A stretch of 64,000 nucleotides of DNA from an uncultured delta proteobacterium (GCA_963808235.1 CAWEEQ010000004.1:2240001-2304000); one strand, 5' to 3'; numbered from the stretch's first letter, positions 47,426-58,184 are shown. The notes: generated by a model from the sequence alone, not told the origin. A program made the numbers and translations.

Positions 47426-47977
47426 ATGAGATGTCCACAGTGCGGAAACGACACCGAGCAGGGCGCCGCATTTTGTTCGCGATGCGGCACGCGGATGTTT
47501 GCGCCGAAGCCGGCCGCGGTGCGCGAGTATGCGCTCGCAATATTCCGTCCGTCGCTCTGGTACTACGCCAACGGCTTGGTCGTCGCCGGAGTGCTGATCG
47601 CATTCGGCGCACGCTTGCTCTACGGCAAGTTCCAACAGGTACAGGTACCCGTCCAGGCAGGCTTCGCCATAGTCGGCGTCGGCGTGTTGATCATCATCGT
47701 CACCATGATCCGCGCGCGAACCGTCAACTGGAGCCTTACCTCCGATCGCTTGATCGAAAAGCGCGGACTGCTTGCGTCGCGGCGGCGCGAAATGGAGCTG
47801 GCGGATATTCGTTCGGTCGAGGTATCGAAGCGAGTCTTTCAGCGAATGATCGGGCTCGGCGACGTGACGATCGCATCGGCCGCGAGCGCCGACTATGCGA
47901 TCCGTCTGAACGACATCTTCGATCCCGACCATGCGGCCGAGACGATTCGCAAGGCGCGGCTCAAGAGGCTCGCGTGA
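47426..47977 (+). CDS. zinc-ribbon + bacterial PH-domain membrane protein
   Basis: CPQC..CSRC, two TM helices, LTSDRLIEKRGLL..QRMIGLGDV. Confidence 0.8.
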   Translation: MRCPQCGNDTEQGAAFCSRCGTRMFAPKPAAVREYALAIFRPSLWYYANGLVVAGVLIAFGARLLYGKFQQVQVPVQAGFAIVGVGVLIIIVTMIRARTVNWSLTSDRLIEKRGLLASRRREMELADIRSVEVSKRVFQRMIGLGDVTIASAASADYAIRLNDIFDPDHAAETIRKARLKRLA

Positions 47978-48603
47978 TGAGCAAGCGGCCCGACCTGCGC
48001 TACGAACGACGGCTCTGGAAAACGGGCATCGAGGCCGTCGCCGGCGTGGACGAGGCCGGGGTCGGTCCGATGGCGGGTCCGGTGGTCGCGGCGGCGGTAA
48101 TCTTTTCGCCCGAGACTTTTATCAAGGGCGTGCACGATTCCAAGCAGCTCACTCCCGAGCAGCGCGAGGAATTATTCATCCCGATTCGCGAACGCGCGAT
48201 CGCTGTCGGCATCGGCATGGCAAGCGTGCTCGAAATCGATCGCCTCAACATCTATTGGGCCACGATGCAGGCGAGCAAGCGCGCGCTCGAAGCGCTCGCG
48301 CTCGCGCCGCGCCACGTGCTGGTGGACGGGCGGTTGATACCGGGGCTCGAGCTGCCGCAAACGCGAATCGTCGGCGGCGATCGCAAGAGCTTCTGCATCG
48401 CGGCCGCGTCGATCATCGCAAAGGTGACGCGCGATCGCATGATGGTTGCGTACGACGCTGAGTACCCCGGCTACGGCTTCGCGCAACACAAGGGCTATTG
48501 CACCAACGATCACATGGCGCTGCTGCGCGAGCTCGGTCCCTCGCCGATACATCGCCGATCGTTCTGGCCGGTCGCCGCCTCCGCCCAGCGCCTGCTCTTC
48601 TAG
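47977..48603 (+). CDS. rnhB: ribonuclease HII
   Basis: AGVDEAGVGPMAGPV, DSK, IAAASIIAKVTRD, HKGY, HRRSF. Confidence 0.95.
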   Translation: MSKRPDLRYERRLWKTGIEAVAGVDEAGVGPMAGPVVAAAVIFSPETFIKGVHDSKQLTPEQREELFIPIRERAIAVGIGMASVLEIDRLNIYWATMQASKRALEALALAPRHVLVDGRLIPGLELPQTRIVGGDRKSFCIAAASIIAKVTRDRMMVAYDAEYPGYGFAQHKGYCTNDHMALLRELGPSPIHRRSFWPVAASAQRLLF

Positions 48604-48707
48604 CACCCGCGTCGTTCCCGCGTTTACCTGCAATAGCCTTCGGGTTACAGTTTGATCAGGCGCATCGCACCAGCCACTACCGGTCGGCATGCGCAGGTAT
48701 ATTCCCG

Positions 48708-49718
48708 ATGGCGCTGGAACGCGACAAACACACAGCTCAGCACGCGCTGCTGACTCTTCACGAGAGCCAGCTACTCGACCTTTATCGGCGGATGACCCTT
48801 ATCCGGCGCTTCGAGGAAAAGACCGCGGAGATGTACAGCCGCGGTAAAATCACCGGCTTCTGTCATCTCTATGCCGGCGAAGAGGCGGTCGCAGTCGGCG
48901 CGATTACCGCGCTCACCGACAAGGACTACGTCGTCTCGACTTATCGCGAGCACGGACATTGTCTCGCCAAGGGTGCCGAGCCGCGAGTCGTGATGGCGGA
49001 GCTGTTCGGCAAGTCGACTGGTATCTCGCACGGGCACGGCGGCTCGATGCACCTTTTCGATCAGGATCTGCGCTTCATGGGCGGCTATGCGATCGTCGGC
49101 GGTGGATTGCCGATCGCATGCGGACTCGCGCTGTCGGTTCAATACAACGAAGGGCCCGAGGTGGTCTGCTGCTTTTTCGGCGACGGCGCGCTGCCGCAGG
49201 GCGCATTTCACGAGACGCTCAACATGGCGTCGCTGTGGAAGCTGCCGCTGGTTTTCATCTGCGAAAATAATTTCTACGGGATGGGCACGCTGGTCCAGAA
49301 CGCGATCAGCCAGGAAGAGCTCTACCGCTTCGCCGAGCCGTACAAACTGCCGGGAGTGCGCGTGGACGGGATGGACGTGCTCGAGGTCTATCAAGCGACG
49401 ATGGAAGCGGTGGCGCGTGCTCGCGAGGGCGACGGCCCGTCGCTAATCGAAGCAGTCACTTACAGATTTCGCGGGCATTCGATGTCCGATCCGGCTGAGT
49501 ACCGCTCCAAACGCGAGGAGCGAATCTGGCAGGAGCGCGACCCGATAAAGAATTTGCACCGCCGCCTGCTGCATGAACATCGCGCCACGGAGGAGAAGCT
49601 CGCAGAGGTCGAGGCGCAAGTCGCCGCGACGATTGACGACGCGGTCAAGTTCGCCGATGAAAGCCCGGAGCCGTCACTCGATACGCTCGGCAAGGGCGTC
49701 TACGCCTCGGAGAAGTGA
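48708..49718 (+). CDS. pdhA: pyruvate dehydrogenase E1 alpha
   Basis: GFCHLY, GGSMH, GDGA..ENN TPP motif, YRFRGHSMSDP. Confidence 0.93.
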   Translation: MALERDKHTAQHALLTLHESQLLDLYRRMTLIRRFEEKTAEMYSRGKITGFCHLYAGEEAVAVGAITALTDKDYVVSTYREHGHCLAKGAEPRVVMAELFGKSTGISHGHGGSMHLFDQDLRFMGGYAIVGGGLPIACGLALSVQYNEGPEVVCCFFGDGALPQGAFHETLNMASLWKLPLVFICENNFYGMGTLVQNAISQEELYRFAEPYKLPGVRVDGMDVLEVYQATMEAVARAREGDGPSLIEAVTYRFRGHSMSDPAEYRSKREERIWQERDPIKNLHRRLLHEHRATEEKLAEVEAQVAATIDDAVKFADESPEPSLDTLGKGVYASEK

Positions 49719-49735
49719 GCGGGGCGAAATCTCCA

Positions 49736-50710
49736 ATGGCGCAAATCTCTTATCGCGAAGCATTGAACCAGGCGCTGCGTGAGGAACTCGATCGCGACGA
49801 GCGGGTCTTCATCATGGGCGAGGAGGTCGGCTACTTCGGCGGCGCATTCAAGGTGACCGACGGTCTGCTCGCGGTGTACGGGGAGAAGCGTGTGCGCGAT
49901 ACTCCTATTTCGGAACTGACTATTGTCGGCGCGGGCATCGGCGCCGCGATGGGCGGGCTGAAACCAGTAGTCGAGTTGATGACCATAAACTTCGCTCTGC
50001 TGGCGATGGATCAAATAGTCAATAGTGCGGCCAAGATACACTATATGTTCGGCGGAAAGGCCAATGTGCCTATAGTCATTCGCGCGCCGCAAGGCGGAGG
50101 CCATCAGCTCGGCGCGCAGCACAGCCAGAGCCTCGAAGCTTACTTTCTCCATGCCCCCGGCTTGCGGGTGGTAATCCCGGCCACGCCCGCGGACGCCAAG
50201 GGACTGCTCAAGACCGCGATTCGCCAGGTCGATCCGGTGATATTTCTCGAACACGAGTCGCTATACGGCGTAAAGGGCGAAGTGCCCGACGATCAAGACT
50301 TCATGGTGCCATTTGGCAAGGCGAGTGTAATACGCGAAGGAAAGGATGTGACGATTGTCACATACTCAAAGTGCGTATACGACGCGATCGCAGCCGCTGA
50401 GGGACTGGAGAACTCGGGTATAGACGCCGAGGTAATCGATCTGCGTACCTTGAATCCGCTGGACATCGCGACGGTGATCGCGTCGGTGAAGAAGACCGGG
50501 CGCGCGATAGTCGCCTACGAAGGATGGCGCACCGGCGGCGCAGGCGCGGAAATCGCCGCGCAAATTCACGAAGCGGCCTTCGACTCACTCGATGCGCCGG
50601 TCGCTCGGGTCGCGGCGCTCGACACTCCGATGCCGTACAACAAGCATCTGGAACATGCGTCGCTGCCGAGCGCGGGCGACATTATCAAGGCGGCGGAGCA
50701 GTTGATGTAG
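49736..50710 (+). CDS. pdhB: pyruvate dehydrogenase E1 beta
   Basis: MGEEV, DTPISE, AQHSQ, IDLRTLNPLD. Confidence 0.93.
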   Translation: MAQISYREALNQALREELDRDERVFIMGEEVGYFGGAFKVTDGLLAVYGEKRVRDTPISELTIVGAGIGAAMGGLKPVVELMTINFALLAMDQIVNSAAKIHYMFGGKANVPIVIRAPQGGGHQLGAQHSQSLEAYFLHAPGLRVVIPATPADAKGLLKTAIRQVDPVIFLEHESLYGVKGEVPDDQDFMVPFGKASVIREGKDVTIVTYSKCVYDAIAAAEGLENSGIDAEVIDLRTLNPLDIATVIASVKKTGRAIVAYEGWRTGGAGAEIAAQIHEAAFDSLDAPVARVAALDTPMPYNKHLEHASLPSAGDIIKAAEQLM

Positions 50711-50714
50711 TCAA

Positions 50715-52151
50715 ATGAGCAACGAAATCACGATGCCCAAGCTTTCCGACACCATGGAGGAAGGCAAGATCCTCCGCTGGCTCAAGCATCCGGGCGACAA
50801 AATCGCGCCGGGCGATGCTATTGCCGAGGTCGAGACCGACAAGGCGGACATGGTGCTGGAGGCATTCGAAGCGGGCGTCCTCGCCGAAATTAAATTGAAC
50901 GAAGGTGAGAGTGCTCCGGTCGGAGCGGTGATCGCGATGATGAAATCAGGAGACTCAAAAGACGCCAAGTCCGATCCGAAGGCCCGTCCGAAAGAGGCAA
51001 TAGAAAATCCAGCCGCTTCAGAGGACTTTTCGGAAACGCAGAAACCGATCGAAATAAAGCCGAAAGCATCCGACAGGAAAGAAACTTCCGCAGCGCCTGC
51101 GGCGAAACCTTCTGAGCCGCGAAAAAAGCCGATCGCACCTGCCGCGGTCGTTGCCGATGGCTCTGCAAGCGACTACCAGGTCCATCCGGCGATGTCCGCA
51201 CATCAGTCGGCGGCTCCCACCGCGATCGCCGCGCCGCCGCCGCGAGTCGAGGCGCCTGCGCCCTCGCCTTCCGACGACGACGCCGACGGGCACAAGCTGC
51301 GCGCATCTCCACTCGCCCGACGCGCGGCGGAAGAGGCTGGTGTGGATCTCGCGCAAGTGCGCGGCTCGGGGCCTGAAGGGCGCGTGACCAAGCGCGACAT
51401 CGACAACTTTCTGCGCGAGCAGCAGCTCTTCAAATTCCGCCGCCTGGTCTCGCCGCGCGAAGGCGCGCCCGGCTCACGCGAAGAGCTGTCGAGCATGCGC
51501 AAAACGATCGCGAAGCGGATGGCGTTGTCGAAGCGCGAGATTCCGCATTTTTACGTTACCGTCGAAGTCGATATGGAAGACGTCGTTCGCCTGAAGGCTT
51601 CGCTCGAAGCGACCGAAGTGTTCGAGGAGACCGTCACCTACAACGACATTATCGTGAAGGCATGCGCGCTCGCGCTCGGGCGCTATCCGCGGATGAATGC
51701 GAGCTACGTCGACGAGGGAATCGTCATCCATCCGAATATTAATATCGGCGTGGCGGTCGCAGTCGAGGACGGATTGATCCTGCCGGTGATTCATGGATGC
51801 GAGCGCCTGTCCCTACTCGAGATCTCGCGCCAGGCGCATCAACTGGTCGCGAAGGCGAGTCGTGGCGGTTTCACTTCAGACGAATTATCGGGCGCAACGT
51901 TTTCGATTTCCAACATGGGGATGCTCGGTATTGAACATTTCGCCGCCGTAATCGTTCCGCCCCAGGCCGCGATACTGGCGGTGAGCGCGATCAAGGATCG
52001 TCCGGTCGTGCGCGCAGGCCAGCTCGCAGTCGGCAAGACGATGATGATGACGGTCTCGTGCGATCATCGAATAGTCGACGGCGTGGTGGCGGGCCGATTC
52101 CTGCAGGAGCTGAAACGCTTCCTGGAAAACCCCCCGAGCCTCCTCCTGTGA
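50715..52151 (+). CDS. pdhC: dihydrolipoamide acetyltransferase E2
   Basis: ETDKA lipoyl site, ASPLARR..GSGPEGRV, DHRIVDG. Confidence 0.93.
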   Translation: MSNEITMPKLSDTMEEGKILRWLKHPGDKIAPGDAIAEVETDKADMVLEAFEAGVLAEIKLNEGESAPVGAVIAMMKSGDSKDAKSDPKARPKEAIENPAASEDFSETQKPIEIKPKASDRKETSAAPAAKPSEPRKKPIAPAAVVADGSASDYQVHPAMSAHQSAAPTAIAAPPPRVEAPAPSPSDDDADGHKLRASPLARRAAEEAGVDLAQVRGSGPEGRVTKRDIDNFLREQQLFKFRRLVSPREGAPGSREELSSMRKTIAKRMALSKREIPHFYVTVEVDMEDVVRLKASLEATEVFEETVTYNDIIVKACALALGRYPRMNASYVDEGIVIHPNINIGVAVAVEDGLILPVIHGCERLSLLEISRQAHQLVAKASRGGFTSDELSGATFSISNMGMLGIEHFAAVIVPPQAAILAVSAIKDRPVVRAGQLAVGKTMMMTVSCDHRIVDGVVAGRFLQELKRFLENPPSLLL

Positions 52152-52167
52152 GAGAAAGGACTTCATC

Positions 52168-53580
52168 TTGGCTAAGCCACGTTACGATCTGGTTGTGATT
52201 GGTTCCGGCCCGGGCGGATATGTTGCCGCGATTCGCGCTGCTCAGCTCAAGATGAGCGTCGCGGTTGTCGAACGCGATCGGCCGGGCGGCGTTTGCCTTA
52301 ACTGGGGATGTATCCCGTCGAAGGCGCTGCTCAACTCGGCGAGCGCGATGGACACGATTCGCGGCGCGTCGAAGGAGCATGGAATCGAAGTCGGCGAGAT
52401 ACGCTTCGACTTCAAGAAAGTGATCGCGCGCTCACGCGCCGCTGCCGACAAGCTCGCCAAGGGCGTGCGTTTTCTGCTCAAAAAAAACAAGGTAGATTTT
52501 TTCGAGGCCGACGCGAGTGTCGCCGGACCGCATTCGATTGCACTCAAACAAGCACCCGACAAGCCCGCACCTGAAGTTGCGGCGCTCGAGAGCGAGCGAA
52601 TTCTCATTGCGGCGGGCTCAGGCGAACGTCTGTTCCCCGGAATGACCGTCGGCGATGGCGTGATCACGAGCAAGGAGGCGCTGCTGCTCGACACGATGCC
52701 GGCGAGCGTCGCTGTGATCGGCGCGGGCGCAATCGGACTCGAGTTCGGCTACTTCTACAGCGCGTTCGGCGCCAAGGTGACGATCGTCGAATTGGAAAAG
52801 CAGATGCTCCCCGGCATCGACGCCGAAATCGCCGAGGAACTCCGCCGCGCGTTCGTCAAGCGCGGTGTGACCGTGATGCTTGGGCATGGTTACAAGTCGA
52901 TGGCGCGCAACGGCGATCTGTGGAAGGTCGTTGTCAGCGCCGATGGCGCCGACAAATCCGTCGAGGCCGAGACGGTGCTGGTCGCAGTCGGGCGCGCCCC
53001 GCTCAGTCAGAATATCGGACTCGAGAAGCTCGGGGTCGAACTCGAACGCGGCGGCTTTATCAAGATAAACGATTCGTTCCAGACCACCGTCCCGAGCATC
53101 TACTCGATCGGCGACGTCGTGCGGCCGCCGCTGCTCGCTCATAAGGCCAGCGCAGAGGGAATCGCAGCAGTCGAAATCATGGCAGGCGTTCGCGAGCCGG
53201 GATTCGATCTACTCAATATTCCCGGATGCATCTACTGCGAGCCGGAGGTCGCGACCGTGGGTCTCAGCGAGGCGGACGCGAAAGCGCGCGGCATCGAGGT
53301 CAAGGTCGGCAAGTTCCCGTTTCGCGCTCTCGGCAGAGCGGTCGCGATCGGCGAGCCCGAGGGTTTCGTGAAAATTGTCGCGACCAAGCAGTACGGTGAA
53401 GTGATTGGATGCCAGATTATCGGCCACGACGCGACTGATATAATTTCAGAAGTAGTGCTGGGCAAGACGCTCGAGACCACGACTGCCGAAATCGGCAAGA
53501 CCGCGCATCCGCATCCCACGATGTCCGAGGCGATTATGCAAGCAGCGCTGGCGGCCGACGGCGAAGCGATCGACATTTGA
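52168..53580 (+). CDS. lpdA: dihydrolipoamide dehydrogenase
   Basis: GSGPGG, GGVCLNWGCIPSK, HPHPTMSE. Confidence 0.95.
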   Translation: MAKPRYDLVVIGSGPGGYVAAIRAAQLKMSVAVVERDRPGGVCLNWGCIPSKALLNSASAMDTIRGASKEHGIEVGEIRFDFKKVIARSRAAADKLAKGVRFLLKKNKVDFFEADASVAGPHSIALKQAPDKPAPEVAALESERILIAAGSGERLFPGMTVGDGVITSKEALLLDTMPASVAVIGAGAIGLEFGYFYSAFGAKVTIVELEKQMLPGIDAEIAEELRRAFVKRGVTVMLGHGYKSMARNGDLWKVVVSADGADKSVEAETVLVAVGRAPLSQNIGLEKLGVELERGGFIKINDSFQTTVPSIYSIGDVVRPPLLAHKASAEGIAAVEIMAGVREPGFDLLNIPGCIYCEPEVATVGLSEADAKARGIEVKVGKFPFRALGRAVAIGEPEGFVKIVATKQYGEVIGCQIIGHDATDIISEVVLGKTLETTTAEIGKTAHPHPTMSEAIMQAALAADGEAIDI

Positions 53581-53582
53581 CG

Positions 53583-54266
53583 ATGGAGCCCCGCGCAACA
53601 CTGGCCGTGGCAGATTTGGGCGTGGTCGACTATTCGGCGGCGCTCGAACTGCAGGCCGCGATGGTAGCGGCGCGGCTCGAGGGCAGAATCGGCGACACGC
53701 TGCTGCTGATGGAGCATCCGCACGTGATCACGCTCGGGCGCGGCGCCGACGAGCGCTTCATTGTCGAAAATCCAGGTGACGTGCCGACCTATCGCGTATC
53801 ACGCGGCGGACAGGTGACTTATCATGGACCGGGTCAGTCGATCGGCTATCCGATTATCAAGCTCGAAGGCAAAGCCCGCGACGTGACCCGATACTTGAGA
53901 AACCTCGAACAGGCGATGATCGACGCGCTCCGCGAATTCGGCCTCGACGCCGATCGTCGCGCCGGACTGACTGGAATCTGGATCGGCGCGCGCAAGATAG
54001 CCTCGATCGGAGTCGGTATCCGGCGCTGGGTCACCTATCATGGCTTCGCGCTCAACGTATCCACTGATCTGAGCTTCTTCGATTCGATCGTCCCGTGCGG
54101 AATCGAGGGATGCCGCATGACTTCGATCGATGAGAGCATCGGAGTCGGGCGAGTTTCCGTGCGCGAGTTCAGCTCGTCGATGCGCACTCACTTTGCCAAC
54201 GTCTTCGGCTATGACACCTTCGTCGCATCGAGCGACGTCGCAAATCTGGGCGCTAGTGATGGCTGA
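53583..54266 (+). CDS. lipB: lipoyl(octanoyl) transferase
   Basis: EHPHVITLG, RGGQVTYHGPGQ, KIASIG, IVPCG. Confidence 0.95.
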   Translation: MEPRATLAVADLGVVDYSAALELQAAMVAARLEGRIGDTLLLMEHPHVITLGRGADERFIVENPGDVPTYRVSRGGQVTYHGPGQSIGYPIIKLEGKARDVTRYLRNLEQAMIDALREFGLDADRRAGLTGIWIGARKIASIGVGIRRWVTYHGFALNVSTDLSFFDSIVPCGIEGCRMTSIDESIGVGRVSVREFSSSMRTHFANVFGYDTFVASSDVANLGASDG

Positions 54267-55122
54267 GCGGAAACATCCGGATTGGATCAAGGTGCGAGCG
54301 CCGGTCTCGCCTGAGTACTTTCGCACCAAGGCGATTCTTGGCGAGCTGAAGCTGCACTCGGTCTGCCAGGAGGCGTGCTGCCCGAATATCGGCGAATGCT
54401 TTTCGCATCGCACCGCGACCTTCATGTTGATGGGCGACGTATGCACGCGTAATTGCCCGTACTGCGCAGTCGCGCACGGCAGAGTTCGTCCTCTCGACGC
54501 CGACGAGCCCCGTAGAATCGCGCAGGCGGTGGCGCGACTCGGCTTGCAGCACGTGGTGGTTACCTCAGTCGATCGCGACGATCTGCGCGACGGCGGCGCG
54601 GCGCATTTCGCGGCCACTGCGCACGCGATCAAGGCGAATCCCGAGCCGGCGCGGGTCGAAGTGTTGGTACCGGATTTCCAGGGATCGTTCGAGAGCGTTG
54701 AGACGGTGGTGCGATCGCCGGTCGATATTTACAACCACAATATCGAGACTGTGCCGAGTCTATATAGAAACGTGCGTCCCGGTGGAAACTACGATCGATC
54801 GCTCGCGGTGATTCGTCATGCGAGGGACGCCGCGCGCGAAGTCGGCAAGCACATGTTCACCAAGGCCGGGGTGATGCTTGGGCTCGGCGAGACGAACGAC
54901 CAATTGCTCGCCGTGATCCGCGACTTGCGCGGGGTCGGATGCGATATCCTGACGATGGGGCAGTATCTGCGGCCGTCGAAGGAGCATATACCGGTCGCGA
55001 GATATGTGCCGCCGGACGAATTCGCGGAACTCAAGAATGCAGCGCTCGCGATGGGTTTTCATCACGTCGAATCCGGCCCGCTGGTGCGCAGCTCATACCA
55101 CGCCTGGGAACACGTCAACTGA
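54259..55122 (+). CDS. lipA: lipoyl synthase
   Basis: CQEACCPNIGEC, CTRNCPYC, VRSSYHA. Confidence 0.96.
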   Translation: MAERKHPDWIKVRAPVSPEYFRTKAILGELKLHSVCQEACCPNIGECFSHRTATFMLMGDVCTRNCPYCAVAHGRVRPLDADEPRRIAQAVARLGLQHVVVTSVDRDDLRDGGAAHFAATAHAIKANPEPARVEVLVPDFQGSFESVETVVRSPVDIYNHNIETVPSLYRNVRPGGNYDRSLAVIRHARDAAREVGKHMFTKAGVMLGLGETNDQLLAVIRDLRGVGCDILTMGQYLRPSKEHIPVARYVPPDEFAELKNAALAMGFHHVESGPLVRSSYHAWEHVN

Positions 55123-55133
55123 CGCCAAAATGA

Positions 55134-55165
55134 AGCGCGCCGCGGAGTCAGCTCCGCGGCGCGCT
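55134..55165. terminator. GC-rich hairpin between convergent lipA and mlaA (probable bidirectional terminator)
   Basis: AGCGCGCCGCGGAG-tcag-CTCCGCGGCGCGCT perfect 14-bp stem. Confidence 0.65.
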
Positions 55166-55192
55166 AGTCTTCAGATCTTCAGATTAGTCAGC

Positions 55193-56014
55193 TTACCAAT
55201 TTTCCTCGTGGAGCTGCTTTACCTCATGCACGCGCGTCTGCAGGTACGCGTCCTGGACCGCGCCGTAGAGATCGATCGCGTAACGATCAGCCTCTTCGAA
55301 CTGGTTCAGATGAAGCGAACGATAGTTTACCGCCTCGACTACGCGCCGTCCGCTCGCCACTGAAATCGCGACCCACCATGGAACGAAATAGCTGATCGGA
55401 TCCATCGCACCGTCGGCAACCAGGCCCACGGTATCGCCGATCGTCGAAGGTCCGAAGAACGGGAGCATCACGTATGGACCGGTCGGAATGTCGTAGTAGC
55501 GAATCGTCAGGCCGAAATCGTTGTCATGTTCCTTGAGCCCAAACCATTTGTCGGCGGGATCGAACAAGCCGACAATACCGACCGTGGTGTTAATTCCAAA
55601 GCGGGCGACTTCGGTCCCGGCCTCCGCGAGCTTCAGCTGAAACAGATTATTGGCGAAGCGCGGTATGACCCGAGTGTTGTTCAGGAAGTTGCCTACGCTC
55701 ACGCGCGCCGGCTCCGGCAGAACCGTCGCGTATCCGCTTGCTACCGGGCGCAGCACCCAATCGTCGAGCTTCAGGTTGAAGGTGAACATCGCCTCGTTGA
55801 AGCCGGACAGCGGGTCCGCGTAGCCAGCCTGTTGATTGTTGTCACCCGGCTGCGGATTTGTCGCAGCCGCCGATTGCGCGGCTGGATTTTGCGAGAGCGG
55901 GGCCGCGTCCTGGCACAGCGCCGGGGTTGTGTAGGCAAGGGCCGCGACCATCGATGCGGCCAGCATCAGGCGCAGTCCGCCTGTCTTTTCGGCTGGTTTC
56001 GGACAAGATCTCAT
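55193..56014 (-). CDS. mlaA: MlaA/VacJ family protein
   Basis: DPLSGFNEAMFTFN, RFGINTTVGIVGLFDPA, GPYVMLPFFGPS; start uncertain. Confidence 0.88.
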   Translation of the reverse strand: MRSCPKPAEKTGGLRLMLAASMVAALAYTTPALCQDAAPLSQNPAAQSAAATNPQPGDNNQQAGYADPLSGFNEAMFTFNLKLDDWVLRPVASGYATVLPEPARVSVGNFLNNTRVIPRFANNLFQLKLAEAGTEVARFGINTTVGIVGLFDPADKWFGLKEHDNDFGLTIRYYDIPTGPYVMLPFFGPSTIGDTVGLVADGAMDPISYFVPWWVAISVASGRRVVEAVNYRSLHLNQFEEADRYAIDLYGAVQDAYLQTRVHEVKQLHEENW

Positions 56015-56103
56015 ATGCGCGTCTCCATCAGGATTGCGATAATTCTGGCGCCTCTTTCCCACAATTACAGGTTATCTGCGTATAGATGGCGAATCCATAC
56101 CCG

Positions 56104-56769
56104 TTAGTGATTCGCGAGCGAAGCCGCAAGGGCAGCCTGCTTGCTCTTCAGATCGCTTATCAGCGTGTCATAGCCCTTATTGTTCATGACCCGATTAAAC
56201 TGGTTGCGGTAGTTTGCGATGATGCTAATTGCGTCCACGGTAACGTCGTAGATCTTCCACGCGCCGTCTTTTTGCAAAAGGCGATAGTTCACATGAATCG
56301 GGTCTTTGCCCTGCTGCACGATATCGGTATTTATCTGGGCTTCCTGGGGACTCTCCGCGGTTGCTTTCAAAAAGGTGACCTGCTGTCCCTTGTAGTCGTT
56401 GATCTTGCTCAGGTACGAATCCTCGATAAACGAAATAAAGACGTTGGTGAACTCCTGCTGCTGGTCCGGAGTGATTTGCTTCCAATGGTAGCCGAGCGCC
56501 GATTTCGCCATCTCGGTGAAATCAAAGGTGGAAGACACGATCTGACGGAGCTTGTCCTGGCGCTGGGCCAGAGGAGCGCTCTTGTCGCTTAGGACGCTCA
56601 GCGCCTGATTCACGGTTTGCTGCACGACCGCCATCGGCGTGGTCGTATCCTGAGCGCGGGCGATACCTACGACGCTCGATTGAAAAAGGAACACGGCGAT
56701 CGCCGTCGTTATCGTGAGCAATCGGGGCAAGGTGAAGCGTCGGAGCGATGAAGTTGTCATAGTCGTCAT
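56104..56769 (-). CDS. mlaC: MlaC/Ttg2D phospholipid-binding protein
   Basis: FDFTEMAKSALG..W, WKIYDV..ISIIANYRNQF. Confidence 0.9.
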   Translation of the reverse strand: MTTMTTSSLRRFTLPRLLTITTAIAVFLFQSSVVGIARAQDTTTPMAVVQQTVNQALSVLSDKSAPLAQRQDKLRQIVSSTFDFTEMAKSALGYHWKQITPDQQQEFTNVFISFIEDSYLSKINDYKGQQVTFLKATAESPQEAQINTDIVQQGKDPIHVNYRLLQKDGAWKIYDVTVDAISIIANYRNQFNRVMNNKGYDTLISDLKSKQAALAASLANH

Positions 56770-56773
56770 AATA

Positions 56774-57337
56774 TCACTTCTTGATATTGTCTCCCGGTTT
56801 CCCTGCTTCCGGCTTTGAGTCCTTACATGGACAGGGGTTTGTGGTCGCGGATTTCGAACTCTTTTCGGAATCTCCATTGCCATTTCCATTGCTGCTTCCA
56901 GAGCCGTTGATTAGCTGTCCGATTGCGTCCTCGAGCACGAATGCCGACTGCGTCTGCCGGATCGTACTGCCGTCTCTGAGGATCCGGTCGCTCGGCCCGA
57001 GCTGGATCGAAACGTACTTGTCGCCAATTATCCCACTGGTTTTGATTGCCGCAATCGCATCCGCATCGATCTGAACGCCCTCGTTCAGGCGCAACGCAAT
57101 TCGCGCCCGCTCATTGTTCAGCATGATACCGGCGACCTTGCCGATTTGCACACCTGCGAGTTGGACCTGGTCGCCAGTCTTCAATCCTGAAATGTTATCG
57201 AAACTCGCGTAGAGCGTGTAGCCCGGCGTTGGCAGAATCGAGATTTTGCCGAGTGATATCGACAGAATCGCGAGCGCGACGATCCCCAGAAGCGCAAAAA
57301 TCCCGACGATGAACTGCGTGGTTCGACTTGCGTACAT
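56774..57337 (-). CDS. mlaD: MlaD MCE-domain protein
   Basis: TM anchor, FDNISGLKTG..AGVQIGKV, TSGIIGDKYV. Confidence 0.92.
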   Translation of the reverse strand: MYASRTTQFIVGIFALLGIVALAILSISLGKISILPTPGYTLYASFDNISGLKTGDQVQLAGVQIGKVAGIMLNNERARIALRLNEGVQIDADAIAAIKTSGIIGDKYVSIQLGPSDRILRDGSTIRQTQSAFVLEDAIGQLINGSGSSNGNGNGDSEKSSKSATTNPCPCKDSKPEAGKPGDNIKK

Positions 57338-57349
57338 AGTCTGCTTGTT

Positions 57350-58162
57350 TCAGCCCGCCAGGGCCGTTTCATTCTCCTCGCCGGATGCTTTCCCGGCCAG
57401 AAACCGCTTAAAGACCTCGTCGTTCGCCGCCGTCACCTCTGCAACGGTGCCGTTCAGATGGGTCTTGCCATTGTGAAGAAAGGCGATCCGATCGGAAACC
57501 TCGAAGACCGCCGGCACGTCATGACTGACCATCACCGCGGTCAAGTCGAAGTTCTTCTGAGTTCGCCGGATAAGCTCATGGATCGCGCCGGTCCGCGACG
57601 GATCGAGGCCGGTGGTCGGCTCGTCGAGCATCAGGATTTTCGGCCGATGCACCAAGGCTCGCGCGAGCGCTGCGCGTTTCTGCATCCCGCCGCTCATCTG
57701 CGACGGAAATTTTTGCTCCATACCTTCGAGCCCGACCGCCTTCAAGGTTTCATGCACGCGATCGGCGATCTCGCTCCGGCTCAATTTGGATTTCTCGACC
57801 AGCGGGAACGCGACGTTGTCGAATATCGGCATCGAATCGAACAACGCACCCGCCTGAAAGAGCATCCCGAATTTTTCCCGGATCGCGTCGATTCCGCGCG
57901 CGCCAAGTTTGGTCACTTCAATGCGATCGATCATGATCGTGCCCGAGTCGGGTCTCAGCAACAGGTTCAGATGCTTCAACAAGACCGTCTTGCCCGAGCC
58001 GCTCGGCCCCACGATCGTCGTGATCTGACCGGCCGGGAAATCGAGGGTAACCCCGTCGAGCACCTGTTGATGGCCGAAGCGGCGGCGAAGATCGCGCACT
58101 TCGATCGCATTGCCGTTCTTGGCGCCGTTTCCAGCCGTGGCAGTGTTTGCAGCTTCGCTCAT
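57350..58162 (-). CDS. mlaF: MlaF ABC ATPase
   Basis: GPSGSGKT, FQAGALFDS, SGGMQKR, DEPTTGLDP. Confidence 0.92.
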   Translation of the reverse strand: MSEAANTATAGNGAKNGNAIEVRDLRRRFGHQQVLDGVTLDFPAGQITTIVGPSGSGKTVLLKHLNLLLRPDSGTIMIDRIEVTKLGARGIDAIREKFGMLFQAGALFDSMPIFDNVAFPLVEKSKLSRSEIADRVHETLKAVGLEGMEQKFPSQMSGGMQKRAALARALVHRPKILMLDEPTTGLDPSRTGAIHELIRRTQKNFDLTAVMVSHDVPAVFEVSDRIAFLHNGKTHLNGTVAEVTAANDEVFKRFLAGKASGEENETALAG

Positions 58163-58184
58163 GACTCCAGCTCGCGAAAATTCG

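Noticed and set aside
47431-47976. Long N-terminal extensions in the ORF track (rnhB, pdhA, lipA, Rieske, carotenoid oxygenase, mlaC)
   Set aside because: They overlap neighbouring genes; downstream starts fit the conserved N-termini and RBSs better
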